This document shows positions 10,547-18,077 of a stretch of 64,000 nucleotides of DNA, one piece after another. The stretch's first letter is position 1, and the number at the start of each line of letters is the position of its first letter. The notes under the pieces are model-generated. The model was given only the letters and a program-made list of their open reading frames with translations. It was not told where the DNA came from and made no database searches. Position numbers and translations under genes: made by a program. The DNA is from Acidimicrobiia bacterium. Lineage in GTDB: Bacteria > Actinomycetota > Acidimicrobiia > Spongiisociales > ZC4RG35. Location of the stretch: positions 20,853-84,852 of the forward strand of contig JACCTH010000033.1 in assembly GCA_013812505.1 (NCBI GenBank). Reading direction: 5' to 3'.

Positions 10547-10635
10547 CAGACGTCAGACGTCAGACCATCAGACATCAGAAAGGAATCTGAAGTCTGATAT
10601 CTGATGTCTTGCAGAGTGATCGAAGATCACTCTGC
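10547..10635 (-). repeat. intercistronic repeat/stem-loop block between the SBP and ATPase genes
   Basis: Five tandem CAGAC(G/C/A)(T/A)-type heptamers at 10547-10580. A 10-bp stem AGACATCAGA/TCTGATGTCT (10570-10579 / 10600-10609). A perfect 11-bp stem GCAGAGTGATC-gaa-GATCACTCTGC (10611-10635) covers the SBP stop codon. Confidence 0.7.
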
Positions 10636-11925
10636 GGAGGAGGCTCCTTCCATGCCCTCCAGCAGTTGCCCCGTGTACCAAATCTGCTTGGGGGTCGCCT
10701 CCTCGCCATCGGCAAGGAACGGAGAACCGTCCTGGTAATTGAGCGGACCGGTCCACAGGTTGATCGAGCCATCGGCCAGGCCAGCGGTGAACTCGTCGAG
10801 ACTGGTAGCCGCCTCAGCACTCAGCGCCGGTCCTTGGGTGAAACCGATCATCGAAGTCTCGGAGTTGTTGATGTCAGCCCAGTCCGGACCCAGCCATTGG
10901 AAGTCGGGGGTGAAGGTGCCATCGATCACCGATTGTCCAACCTCGACATAAGACGGTCCCCAGTTGAAGAACGGAACCCCGAGGCAGGCATCAGGAGCCT
11001 GATCGCAGGCATCCCGGAAGTCGTAGGGAATGGCCCAAACGGATTCGCCCGCTTCGGCCCGTTGTCCGGTGCGGACGAGAGCCTCAGTCGTGTCGATCCC
11101 CGAGATCAGCACATCGGCGCCCCCGTCGATGAACTCGTTGGTCACATTGGTCGGGTCGAGGGTCACTCCGGGGATGTTGAACCAAAAGCCGATCCAATTC
11201 ACCGCAAACTGAAGCGCATTCGGGTCCTCGCCTCGGTAGTTCTCGTAGCAATAGCGAGCTCCGAGATAGGCCGCATTGGCCAGCCGGCGGGTCTCGTCGT
11301 TGATCAACGGACCGACAAAGCCGATCGAACCGGTTTGGGTGGTGAGAGCAGCAGCGCAGCCAGCCATCATCTTGCCGAATTCCATCTCTCCCATGATGTT
11401 GCCGAGGTTGGTCAGGTCGGGTTCGTAGGCTTCGCCTTCGGCCCAGGCACTGTCGCCCGACGACCAAATCATGGGGACGTCAGGATGGTTGGCGGCCCCG
11501 GCCAGGATGCCGTCCCGCATGTCATCCGAGGTGGCGAAGATCAATTGCGCGCCTTGGCTCACCATGTCGTCCACCACCTGCTCAACTGTGGTGTCTGGCC
11601 TATCGGCACCGTTGACCTTGTCGAGGACGATCATTTCCGCGCCGAGCTGCTCTTCCATGTAGAGACCGGCCTCGTAGTGCGCCTGCGACCAGCCGTGGTC
11701 ATCCTGCGGGCCTACCAGGATCATGCCGAAGGTCAGCCCTTCGCCTGTTCCGGTCGCAGTGGTTGAAGTATCTGGCGCAGCAGTCGTGGTGAGGGGTTCT
11801 TCACCCGCGGTGGTTGGGGTCGTGCTGGCCACTTCGGCGGTCGTGGTCGTGCCGGCAGTGCCGCCGCAAGCCACCAACACCAACAGCAGCCCGACCAGGC
11901 TCGCAGACCATTTTCGGAAAGTCAT
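10627..11925 (-). CDS. BMP-family ABC transporter substrate-binding lipoprotein
   Basis: Lipobox MTFRKWSASLVGLLLVLVACGG followed by a Thr-rich linker. The body (FGMILVGPQDDHGWSQAHYEAG...) resembles BMP/PnrA-type binding proteins. First gene of the ABC operon. Confidence 0.75.
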   Translation of the reverse strand: MTFRKWSASLVGLLLVLVACGGTAGTTTTAEVASTTPTTAGEEPLTTTAAPDTSTTATGTGEGLTFGMILVGPQDDHGWSQAHYEAGLYMEEQLGAEMIVLDKVNGADRPDTTVEQVVDDMVSQGAQLIFATSDDMRDGILAGAANHPDVPMIWSSGDSAWAEGEAYEPDLTNLGNIMGEMEFGKMMAGCAAALTTQTGSIGFVGPLINDETRRLANAAYLGARYCYENYRGEDPNALQFAVNWIGFWFNIPGVTLDPTNVTNEFIDGGADVLISGIDTTEALVRTGQRAEAGESVWAIPYDFRDACDQAPDACLGVPFFNWGPSYVEVGQSVIDGTFTPDFQWLGPDWADINNSETSMIGFTQGPALSAEAATSLDEFTAGLADGSINLWTGPLNYQDGSPFLADGEEATPKQIWYTGQLLEGMEGASSAE

Positions 11926-11930
11926 TCAGT

Positions 11931-11951
11931 CTCCTCCTAGTTAGGGAGGAA
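11931..11951 (-). promoter_or_regulatory. hairpin sequestering the Shine-Dalgarno of the SBP gene
   Basis: The mRNA reads UUCCUCC-cuaacua-GGAGGAG. The 3' arm is the SD, 5 nt before ATG 11925. The stem is 7 bp including one G-U pair. Confidence 0.4.
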
Positions 11952-12039
11952 CATAGACGTCAGACTTAAGTTGGCAGACGCCAGAGGCCCGATTTCGGTG
12001 TGATCCCTCGATCCGAATCAGACGGGTTGCTTGCGATCG

Positions 12040-12053
12040 TTCAACCGGTTGAA
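12040..12053. promoter_or_regulatory. perfect 14-bp palindrome TTCAACCGGTTGAA, candidate operator in the ABC operon leader
   Basis: Self-complementary by inspection. Lies in the 279-bp non-coding region upstream of the BMP operon. Confidence 0.35.
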
Positions 12054-12204
12054 CCGGTGTGCCTGTGTCCAACCCCATGTTGCTCGGAGTGGAGCTCGAT
12101 CCGACTCCATCCTCTTGTCCACGGAGATCATCGATGTGAGACCGGACTCGCCGCCCGATCCAACAACAGTCGTGAAGGCATGGTCGCAAGGCTGCCGGCG
12201 ACTG

Positions 12205-12630
12205 CTAATGGAGGGGGTTGATCCAGGTGACCTCGGGAAAGCGGGCGAAGTCACTGTCGGCTGAGTAGAGATCGAGGCCATGGCTGATTGCCAATGCCGC
12301 GAGGTGTACATCGCTGACGAGGTTGGCCGTAGGCTGATGACGGGCGATGAGGTCGATCAAAATCCGGGCATGGTCATCGGTTTCTCGAGGAACCCACACT
12401 GCCGGCGCTGACAGCCAGGCTTTCAACTGGGCCAAAGCTTCTTCGGCGCGTAACGGCGTCTCGTACGCCCGGGGGTGGGTGCTGATACGCAAGAAGGCGA
12501 CTAGAGACTGCCACGGCAGACCCACGCGAACCGGACCATTCAGAGCTTCAGTCAGCCAGGTGTTCGCAGCGTCATGGAATGAGCTCGCGCTATCCCGCGC
12601 AAACATGAGCAGGTTGGCATCGACGAGCAT
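12205..12630 (-). CDS. vapC: PIN-domain toxin (VapC-like)
   Basis: 141 aa beginning MLVDANLLMF (first acidic PIN residue) and ending with ..LYSADSDFARF. It sits 12 bp downstream of a small RHH gene. Confidence 0.8.
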   Translation of the reverse strand: MLVDANLLMFARDSASSFHDAANTWLTEALNGPVRVGLPWQSLVAFLRISTHPRAYETPLRAEEALAQLKAWLSAPAVWVPRETDDHARILIDLIARHQPTANLVSDVHLAALAISHGLDLYSADSDFARFPEVTWINPLH

Positions 12631-12642
12631 CGGTTTGCCAGC

Positions 12643-12876
12643 TCAGTCGTTGCTCTCGAGGTAGTCGAGAACTTCCGCCACATTGGTTATATCAATTCGA
12701 GCCGCCATCGGCGAAGTCGTCTGTACGAACGCAGCCGGAGGTTGTTCGCTCGTTAACAGCCCGACGCGGATCAGTCGATTGACGGCCTCGCTCACGCCAA
12801 GCCCCTCTTGGCGTTGCAACTGCTCTACTGCGGCCCCAACATCCTTGTCAAAAGTGATGGTCGTCCTCATGTTCAC
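12643..12876 (-). CDS. vapB: ribbon-helix-helix (CopG-like) antitoxin, VapB-like
   Basis: 77 aa. MNMRTTITFDKDVGAAVEQLQRQEGLGVSEAVNRLIRVGL shows the RHH beta-strand plus two-helix pattern. Upstream partner of the PIN gene. Confidence 0.75.
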   Translation of the reverse strand: MNMRTTITFDKDVGAAVEQLQRQEGLGVSEAVNRLIRVGLLTSEQPPAAFVQTTSPMAARIDITNVAEVLDYLESND

Positions 12877-12881
12877 ATCCT

Positions 12882-12895
12882 AGCATCATGATGCT
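12882..12895. promoter_or_regulatory. perfect palindrome AGCATCATGATGCT, candidate VapB operator
   Basis: Lies 6 bp upstream of the vapB start in an AT-richer divergent intergenic region. Confidence 0.45.
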
Positions 12896-12912
12896 TGAAG
12901 CGACTTTACGAG

Positions 12913-12932
12913 TCGTGATGATATCATTACGA
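12913..12932. promoter_or_regulatory. near-perfect 20-bp palindrome TCGTGATGATATCATTACGA, second candidate operator
   Basis: One mismatched pair. Shares the ATGAT/ATCAT core with the first palindrome. Lies between the two divergent toxin-antitoxin-like operons. Confidence 0.4.
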
Positions 12933-12974
12933 AACGTGAATCAACGTTTGCCGATTTTTAGATCCAAGGAGCAG

Positions 12975-13499
12975 GTGAGGGTGCTGTCAGAGCTCTTTGT
13001 CTTTGCACTGGAGCCGCTGGCTTTGGTGACTATTGCCGAGCGTGCGGGCGTCTCATCAGGCGGTGCTCACAAAGAGGTCGCAAGGCTCGAAGCCGCCGGT
13101 TTGGTGACCTCCCGGCGGGTGGGGAGAACCCGTCTGGTCACAGCCAACCCTGATTCCCCCTTCTATTCAGATCTGCGCGGTCTCCTTACCAAAGCATTCG
13201 GACCAAGAGTTCTGCTCACTGAAGCGCTGGCAAAGGTGCCTGGCGTCCGCAAGGCTTCTATCTACGGCTCGTGGGCCGCGTCCGAGCTAATGCCTATGCG
13301 ACGGCCAGCGCGCGACATCGACGTCCTCGTTCTGGGATCACCCGACCTGCAATTGCTCTACACCGTGATCGACCAGGTGGAAGCCGACGTTGGCGTGCCT
13401 ATCAACATTACGGTTTTCGCTCCAGAGGAGTGGGAAGCTGACGAGAGCGGATTTGCAGAGACGGTCAAGAGTGGCCCTCAAATTGAGCTAGTTGGATGA
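12975..13499 (+). CDS. winged-HTH + minimal nucleotidyltransferase (MNT-like, putative antitoxin)
   Basis: Part of ORF 12888..13499. GTG 12975 or 12981, after AAGGAG, is preferred as start. The wHTH reads LVTIAERAGVSSGGAHKEVARLEAAGLVTSRR. The NTase motif is IYGSWAAS...ARDIDVLVLG (GS...DxD). Confidence 0.65.
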   Translation: MRVLSELFVFALEPLALVTIAERAGVSSGGAHKEVARLEAAGLVTSRRVGRTRLVTANPDSPFYSDLRGLLTKAFGPRVLLTEALAKVPGVRKASIYGSWAASELMPMRRPARDIDVLVLGSPDLQLLYTVIDQVEADVGVPINITVFAPEEWEADESGFAETVKSGPQIELVG

Positions 13500-13927
13500 A
13501 TCCCGTTGTCGACAATCTCGTTCGGGACGGAATCCTCGAAATTGTTCCGGTCGATGCGACGGCGGCACGTCAGATTCTGGAGGTGGCGGCGCGTCATGTC
13601 GATGCGGCTCGACTCATCATCGAAGTCGATAGGTCCGGAGCCTACGTGCTCTGTAATGACGCGGCGCGAAAGGCGATAGCAGGCATCTTGCTGGCTAGCG
13701 GCTATCGCGCTTTGGCGGTTCCGGGCTCCCACGCCGCCATCGCTCGGGCCGCCGGCTCGATGTCATCGGATCCAAACGAGGTTGCGCGCCTTGTTCAGCT
13801 CGACGGCATGCGTCGTCACCGAAACCGCTCCGAGTATGGAATCCGCACCTTTAGCGCCCAAGAAGCCGAGGCTGCGATCGAGCTGGCTAGCTGGACGATC
13901 GACTTTGCGCGGCGAGTGATCAGCTGA
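13496..13927 (+). CDS. HEPN-like helical protein (putative toxin partner of the NTase)
   Basis: 143 aa, overlapping the NTase gene by 4 bp (ATGA). All-helical, with AARKAIAGILLASGYRA and a non-canonical RRHRNRSEYG where HepT-type HEPN has RNxxxHxY. Confidence 0.55.
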   Translation: MNPVVDNLVRDGILEIVPVDATAARQILEVAARHVDAARLIIEVDRSGAYVLCNDAARKAIAGILLASGYRALAVPGSHAAIARAAGSMSSDPNEVARLVQLDGMRRHRNRSEYGIRTFSAQEAEAAIELASWTIDFARRVIS

Positions 13928-13928
13928 G

Positions 13929-15551
13929 TTATCCCGAGACGATTTTGCGAACGGCGCCGTCGAAGGTGAGGACGTAGAGCTCGCCGGCGGAGTCTTCCCC
14001 GAAAGACGAGACCGTTCCGATCGTGCCGAGCTCGGTCCAGATTTTGCTTTCCAGGGCGCTAACCCCGTCGAAGCGGAATGAGCGCAGCGTTCCCTCGCAG
14101 AAGTCCGAGTAGAAGTAGGTGCCGGCGAGGCCGGGGATCGCCGAGCCGCGGTAGACATAGCCGCCCGTGATCGAACAACCCTGATCGTGGGAATACTCAG
14201 CGATGGGGAGGACGAGACCGGTGGGATTGCAACTGGAGCTGCTGAAACAGTGCCCGCCTTCCATGATAGGCCAGCCGAGGTTGGGTGAAACAGCTGTGGT
14301 CGAGATCACGCTGACTTCCTCCCATTGGCCCTGGCCGACATCGGCCACATACAGCAGGTTGCCGTCGAAGGCATTCCGCCAGGGGTTGCGGACCCCGCTC
14401 GCCCAGATCTCGGTGTTGGCAGAGGAGACGTCCATTCGCAGGATCTTGCCGAGCAGGGTCGCTGGGTTTTGGCCGTTGCCAAACTGATCGTTGGCGCCCC
14501 CACCATCGCCCATGGCGATGTAGAGCAGCCCGTCAGGCCCGAAGTCGATCCAGCCACCGTTGTGATTGGAAGCAGGTTGGTCGATGGTGAGCAAGATTTG
14601 GCCACTGGCGGCATCTGCCTGCTCAGGGTTCGACGAGCGGGTGTAGGACGCGATCCGAGTGTCACCGGAGTTGTCGGTGTAGTTGACGTATAACAAACCG
14701 TTGGCGGCGTAGTCGGGATCGAATGCCAACCCCAAGAGGCCTCGCTCACCCCCGTCCAAGACAATGGAGGTGATGTCTAGGAAAGTGCCGCCGCCGACGA
14801 TCTCGATCGTTCCACCCTGCTCAACCACAAAGAGCCGTGAGTCCCCAGGAGGCGAGGCGAGAAAGAGCGGTCGGTCGAAGCCTGAAGCCACGACTTCGAG
14901 GGCAAGGCTGAGCGCGCGCGGGGGAGGCTGGATCGGGGTGAGGCCGAATGCTCGGGTGACAAATGTCGCCATCTGATCACGCAATACCTGGTCATAAGGG
15001 CAGTAGAGCCCGTTTCCGCATCCGAGGGTGATTTCCTGAGCGGCGATCTGTTCCACGGCGCCCGCGAAGAAGGCCGAGGCGGGCACATCGCTGAACGTGC
15101 CCTGGTGAGGCAGCTCGGGCAGGTCGAGGGCTCGGATCAAGAAGACGGCCATCTCTCCGCGCGAAACAGGTGAATGAGGTCGGAAGGTGCCGTCCTCGTA
15201 GCCGACCGAGATCCCCAACGCCGCCAAACGTTCGACATAGCCGGTGTACCACTGGCCCGCCGGCACATCCGGGAACGTCCCTGCGGCCGGTGCCTCGGAT
15301 TCGTCTAAGGCGCGGATCAGGAACGCGGCCATCTCAGCCCGAGTGACTGCCCGACTCGGACAGAACAAATCGGTGGTGCAGCCGGACGTGATTCCAGCCG
15401 CGGCGATCGCTTCGATCGCAGCCTCGTGGATGTTGCCGTCGTCGTCGAGGAAGGTTCCGCCGGGGGGAAGGGTGGTCTGACCGAGAGCCGGGATGGCTAT
15501 TCCGAGGGCGATCAGGAGCGAAAGAAGTAGCGGAAGTCTTCGGGCAAGCAT
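13929..15551 (-). CDS. secreted SLH-domain (x3) protein fused to a PQQ-dependent sugar (sorbosone/glucose) dehydrogenase-like beta-propeller
   Basis: Signal peptide MLARRLPLLLSLLIALGIAIPALG. Three ~55-aa SLH-like repeats, e.g. FPDVPAGQWYTGYVERLAALGISVGYEDGTFRPHSPVSRGEMAVFLIRAL. The propeller carries GLLGLAFDPDY and HNGGWIDFGPDGLLYIAMGDGG. Confidence 0.8.
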   Translation of the reverse strand: MLARRLPLLLSLLIALGIAIPALGQTTLPPGGTFLDDDGNIHEAAIEAIAAAGITSGCTTDLFCPSRAVTRAEMAAFLIRALDESEAPAAGTFPDVPAGQWYTGYVERLAALGISVGYEDGTFRPHSPVSRGEMAVFLIRALDLPELPHQGTFSDVPASAFFAGAVEQIAAQEITLGCGNGLYCPYDQVLRDQMATFVTRAFGLTPIQPPPRALSLALEVVASGFDRPLFLASPPGDSRLFVVEQGGTIEIVGGGTFLDITSIVLDGGERGLLGLAFDPDYAANGLLYVNYTDNSGDTRIASYTRSSNPEQADAASGQILLTIDQPASNHNGGWIDFGPDGLLYIAMGDGGGANDQFGNGQNPATLLGKILRMDVSSANTEIWASGVRNPWRNAFDGNLLYVADVGQGQWEEVSVISTTAVSPNLGWPIMEGGHCFSSSSCNPTGLVLPIAEYSHDQGCSITGGYVYRGSAIPGLAGTYFYSDFCEGTLRSFRFDGVSALESKIWTELGTIGTVSSFGEDSAGELYVLTFDGAVRKIVSG

Positions 15552-15577
15552 CGGCAGACCTTACGCCCCCCTCCCGG

Positions 15578-16675
15578 CTACGCCGACTCTCCCCCCTTCG
15601 GCGAGGGGAACACGGAGGCACGGTCAAAGATGATGCGACCGGCACGGAGGCCTGCCACCGGGGATGCCAGAACGGTGAGGTTCGCGGTCGGGTCGGTGTC
15701 GAACAGCAACAGGTCGGCGTCCGACTCGGCAGTGAATGGGTTTAACCCCAAGTAGGCGTAGGCGGCAGGCCCGGCCGACTCGGCCGCCGCTTCGCGCCGG
15801 AGTCCGCGACTATGGAGACGGAGCACCTCGGCCGCGACCTCGCCATGACGAAGCCCCAGGTCGGTTCCGGCCAGGACGGTCACCCCGGTCTCAGCGGCCA
15901 GAGGTAGCGACTCCCGAAGATTCTCGAGGCCTTGACCCAACACCCTGGCCGCGGTGGAGCCTGTCGAGAACGCGGCCAGGATGTCCTCGGTGTTGGCGAT
16001 CGTTGGCACCCAGGCGCCGCCCCGCTTGCCGAGCACGGTCAGGTCTTCCGGCGTCAGGTAGAGGCCGTGCTCGATCGAATCAACTCCGGCCCTTACAGCC
16101 ATGCTTGGTGTCTCAGGCGCCATCGTGTGGATGGCGACTTTGGCCCCGGCCGCGTGGGCGACCTCGCATGCCCGTGACAACGCCCCTTCCCCGAAGTTGA
16201 TGACCGGTCCCCGTCCCTTCTGTGGCCAGTCGCCGACCAGCTTCACCCACCCGCCCCTCGTGTTGGCTTCAGCTACTGCCTTCGGCAGGTCGTCGTCGTC
16301 GACCTCGACTGCAAACCCAGGAAAGTACCCGTGGACGCCGGTGATGATTCGGGCCGCCGCCTCCAGATGTGGACGGTCAGCCGGCGGCTCGTCGAGTAGC
16401 CGGAGCACCACGTCGTCGCGCCATCCCTTGTCGATGATGAGGAAGACACCGCGCTCGAGCTGGGCAAACACTCGTCGCTTGATCGCTTCGATCTCGCCTC
16501 CGACGTCGACAGTCACGAGCGAATCGGCCGCGAGATGGGCGTGACAGTCGGCGAGACCCGGCAGAGCCCAGAACCGTCTCAGATCTGTCAAAGGACCGTC
16601 GTTGTCCTCGGTCCACACGCCGTTGGAGACGCCTAACTCCCGCTCTTGCACGCCCGACCGAAACGCAAACCTCAT
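15578..16675 (-). CDS. metal-dependent amidohydrolase family protein
   Basis: LPGLADCHAHL (HxH metal motif), KVAIHT and DSIEHG. 365 aa. Confidence 0.7.
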   Translation of the reverse strand: MRFAFRSGVQERELGVSNGVWTEDNDGPLTDLRRFWALPGLADCHAHLAADSLVTVDVGGEIEAIKRRVFAQLERGVFLIIDKGWRDDVVLRLLDEPPADRPHLEAAARIITGVHGYFPGFAVEVDDDDLPKAVAEANTRGGWVKLVGDWPQKGRGPVINFGEGALSRACEVAHAAGAKVAIHTMAPETPSMAVRAGVDSIEHGLYLTPEDLTVLGKRGGAWVPTIANTEDILAAFSTGSTAARVLGQGLENLRESLPLAAETGVTVLAGTDLGLRHGEVAAEVLRLHSRGLRREAAAESAGPAAYAYLGLNPFTAESDADLLLFDTDPTANLTVLASPVAGLRAGRIIFDRASVFPSPKGGESA

Positions 16676-16709
16676 CTTCTAGGAATGTATCGCCGATACC
16701 CTCAACAGC

Positions 16710-18077
16710 GTGACACCCAAAGCCGCCGCCGCGGCTCTATTGCTCCTGGTCGGCTGCACCGTCAGCCCGGTGCCGGCATCCACTCCGACCTCGACCACCG
16801 TCACCGCGCCGAGTACCACTACGACCATTGCTCCCACCACGACGGTCGCCCCGGTCCTGGTCGACGATTGCTCAGCTCCCCCGGCGACCTTTTCGGTGCT
16901 GTGTGAATCCGTGGAACTCATTCTCGAACAGCACTACCAGCCGCCCCTTCTCAATGTGTTGGCCGAGGGAGCGCTAGTCGGCGTCGAGTCCGCCGACCCC
17001 GCCCCAACGAACGAAACCGTCGGCCAGTTGACCTGCGCAGTTCCCTCAAACGACTTCGCCGCAACATGTGAGGTGATCGATCGGAAGGTCCACGAGGACG
17101 GGGCGCCGCTGGAAGAAATGGTGGCGGCAGCCGTCGACGGAGTCCTCTCGACCCTCGACCCTTACAACATCTATCTGCCGCCTTCCCTGTCCGACGCCAT
17201 CAGCGACGATGGCGTCGTCCCCGGAGTCGGGCTCATTATCGGTGCTGTCACCGCCGCCGGTTCGCCCTGTGTCCGAGTGGCACCGTCTTGCCCGCTTACC
17301 GTCGCCACGGTTGTGGCCGGTTCGGCCGCATCCGAGGGGGGATTGGTCGTCGGCGACGTGGTCGTCGCCATCGACGGCCGCTCGGTCGAGGGGCTGGCAG
17401 TGGCCGAGGCGGCGGCTCTTCTCGCCGGCGAATCCGGTTCGATGGTTGAAGTCGACCTGGTCGACCGCAACGTCACCCTGACTCGGATCGATGAGCAGCA
17501 GGTAGCTGTGTCGGCCGAGGTTGTTGACAACACGGGTTACATCCGTATCTCATATTTTGCCGCCGAAACCCACCTGCTGCTTCATAGCCTTCTCCAAGCT
17601 GTGCTCGATGCTGGAGTCAACACCCTCGTGCTCGACCTGCGGGACAACCCCGGGGGATTTTTGTTCTCGGCGTCGATCGTCGGTTCCGAGTTCATCTCGA
17701 GCGGCGACCTCTATCTCACCCAAGATCGCGAGGGAGAATTGAGATATCCGGCGGTGGAAGGTGGCATCGCCACCGACATCCCGCTATTTGTCTTGGTCAA
17801 CGAGCAGACCGCTTCGTCTGCCGAGATCCTTGCTGCCGCCCTCCAGGAGCGCGACCGAGCGACGATCGTTGGTCTGCCCACCTTTGGCAAGAACCTCGTC
17901 CAGGTCCCCTTTGAGCTCCGCAACGGAGGAGTACTCCGTCTGACCATTGGCACCTGGACCACTCCCAGCGGGGCTTCGGTCGGTCTGACCGGCGTGTTGC
18001 CGGACGTCGAACTTGACATAGCTTCAAGCGCAACTCCGGAAGGTGCGGTCGCCGCGACATTGGCGGCAGTCGGGTGA
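16710..18077 (+). CDS. S41-family C-terminal processing peptidase, lipoprotein (paralog 1)
   Basis: Lipobox LLLLVGC. PDZ segment VVAGSAASEGGLVVGDVVVAIDG. S41 core [13 protein letters not shown] and VLVNEQTASSAEILAAALQE. Confidence 0.85.
   Translation: MTPKAAAAALLLLVGCTVSPVPASTPTSTTVTAPSTTTTIAPTTTVAPVLVDDCSAPPATFSVLCESVELILEQHYQPPLLNVLAEGALVGVESADPAPTNETVGQLTCAVPSNDFAATCEVIDRKVHEDGAPLEEMVAAAVDGVLSTLDPYNIYLPPSLSDAISDDGVVPGVGLIIGAVTAAGSPCVRVAPSCPLTVATVVAGSAASEGGLVVGDVVVAIDGRSVEGLAVAEAAALLAGESGSMVEVDLVDRNVTLTRIDEQQVAVSAEVVDNTGYIRISYFAAETHLLLHSLLQAVLDAGVNTLVLDLRDNPGGFLFSASIVGSEFISSGDLYLTQDREGELRYPAVEGGIATDIPLFVLVNEQTASSAEILAAALQERDRATIVGLPTFGKNLVQVPFELRNGGVLRLTIGTWTTPSGASVGLTGVLPDVELDIASSATPEGAVAATLAAVG

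Noticed and set aside
10547-10580. Tandem repeats at 10547-10580, 31739-31773 and 51652-51682, considered as CRISPR or other arrays.
   Set aside because: The units are only 6-8 nt with no spacers, the arrays are under 40 bp, and no cas genes are present. They are not CRISPR.
10609-11766. Long antisense ORFs opposite clearly assignable genes: 10609..11766 +, 4302..5234 +, 21244..22398 -, 40008..40928 +, 44642..45674 -, 53630..54520 +, 56064..56843 +.
   Set aside because: All are Arg/Gly/Pro-rich shadow frames typical of high-GC genomes. In each case the partner strand carries strong family motifs (SBP, kinase, SLT protein, ABC ATPase, CocE/NonD, permease, family-5 SBP).
11926-12204. A known riboswitch in the BMP-operon leader.
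   Set aside because: No purine, preQ1, ZTP, c-di-GMP/AMP or other consensus that I recognise is present. I report only the SD hairpin and the palindrome as observations.
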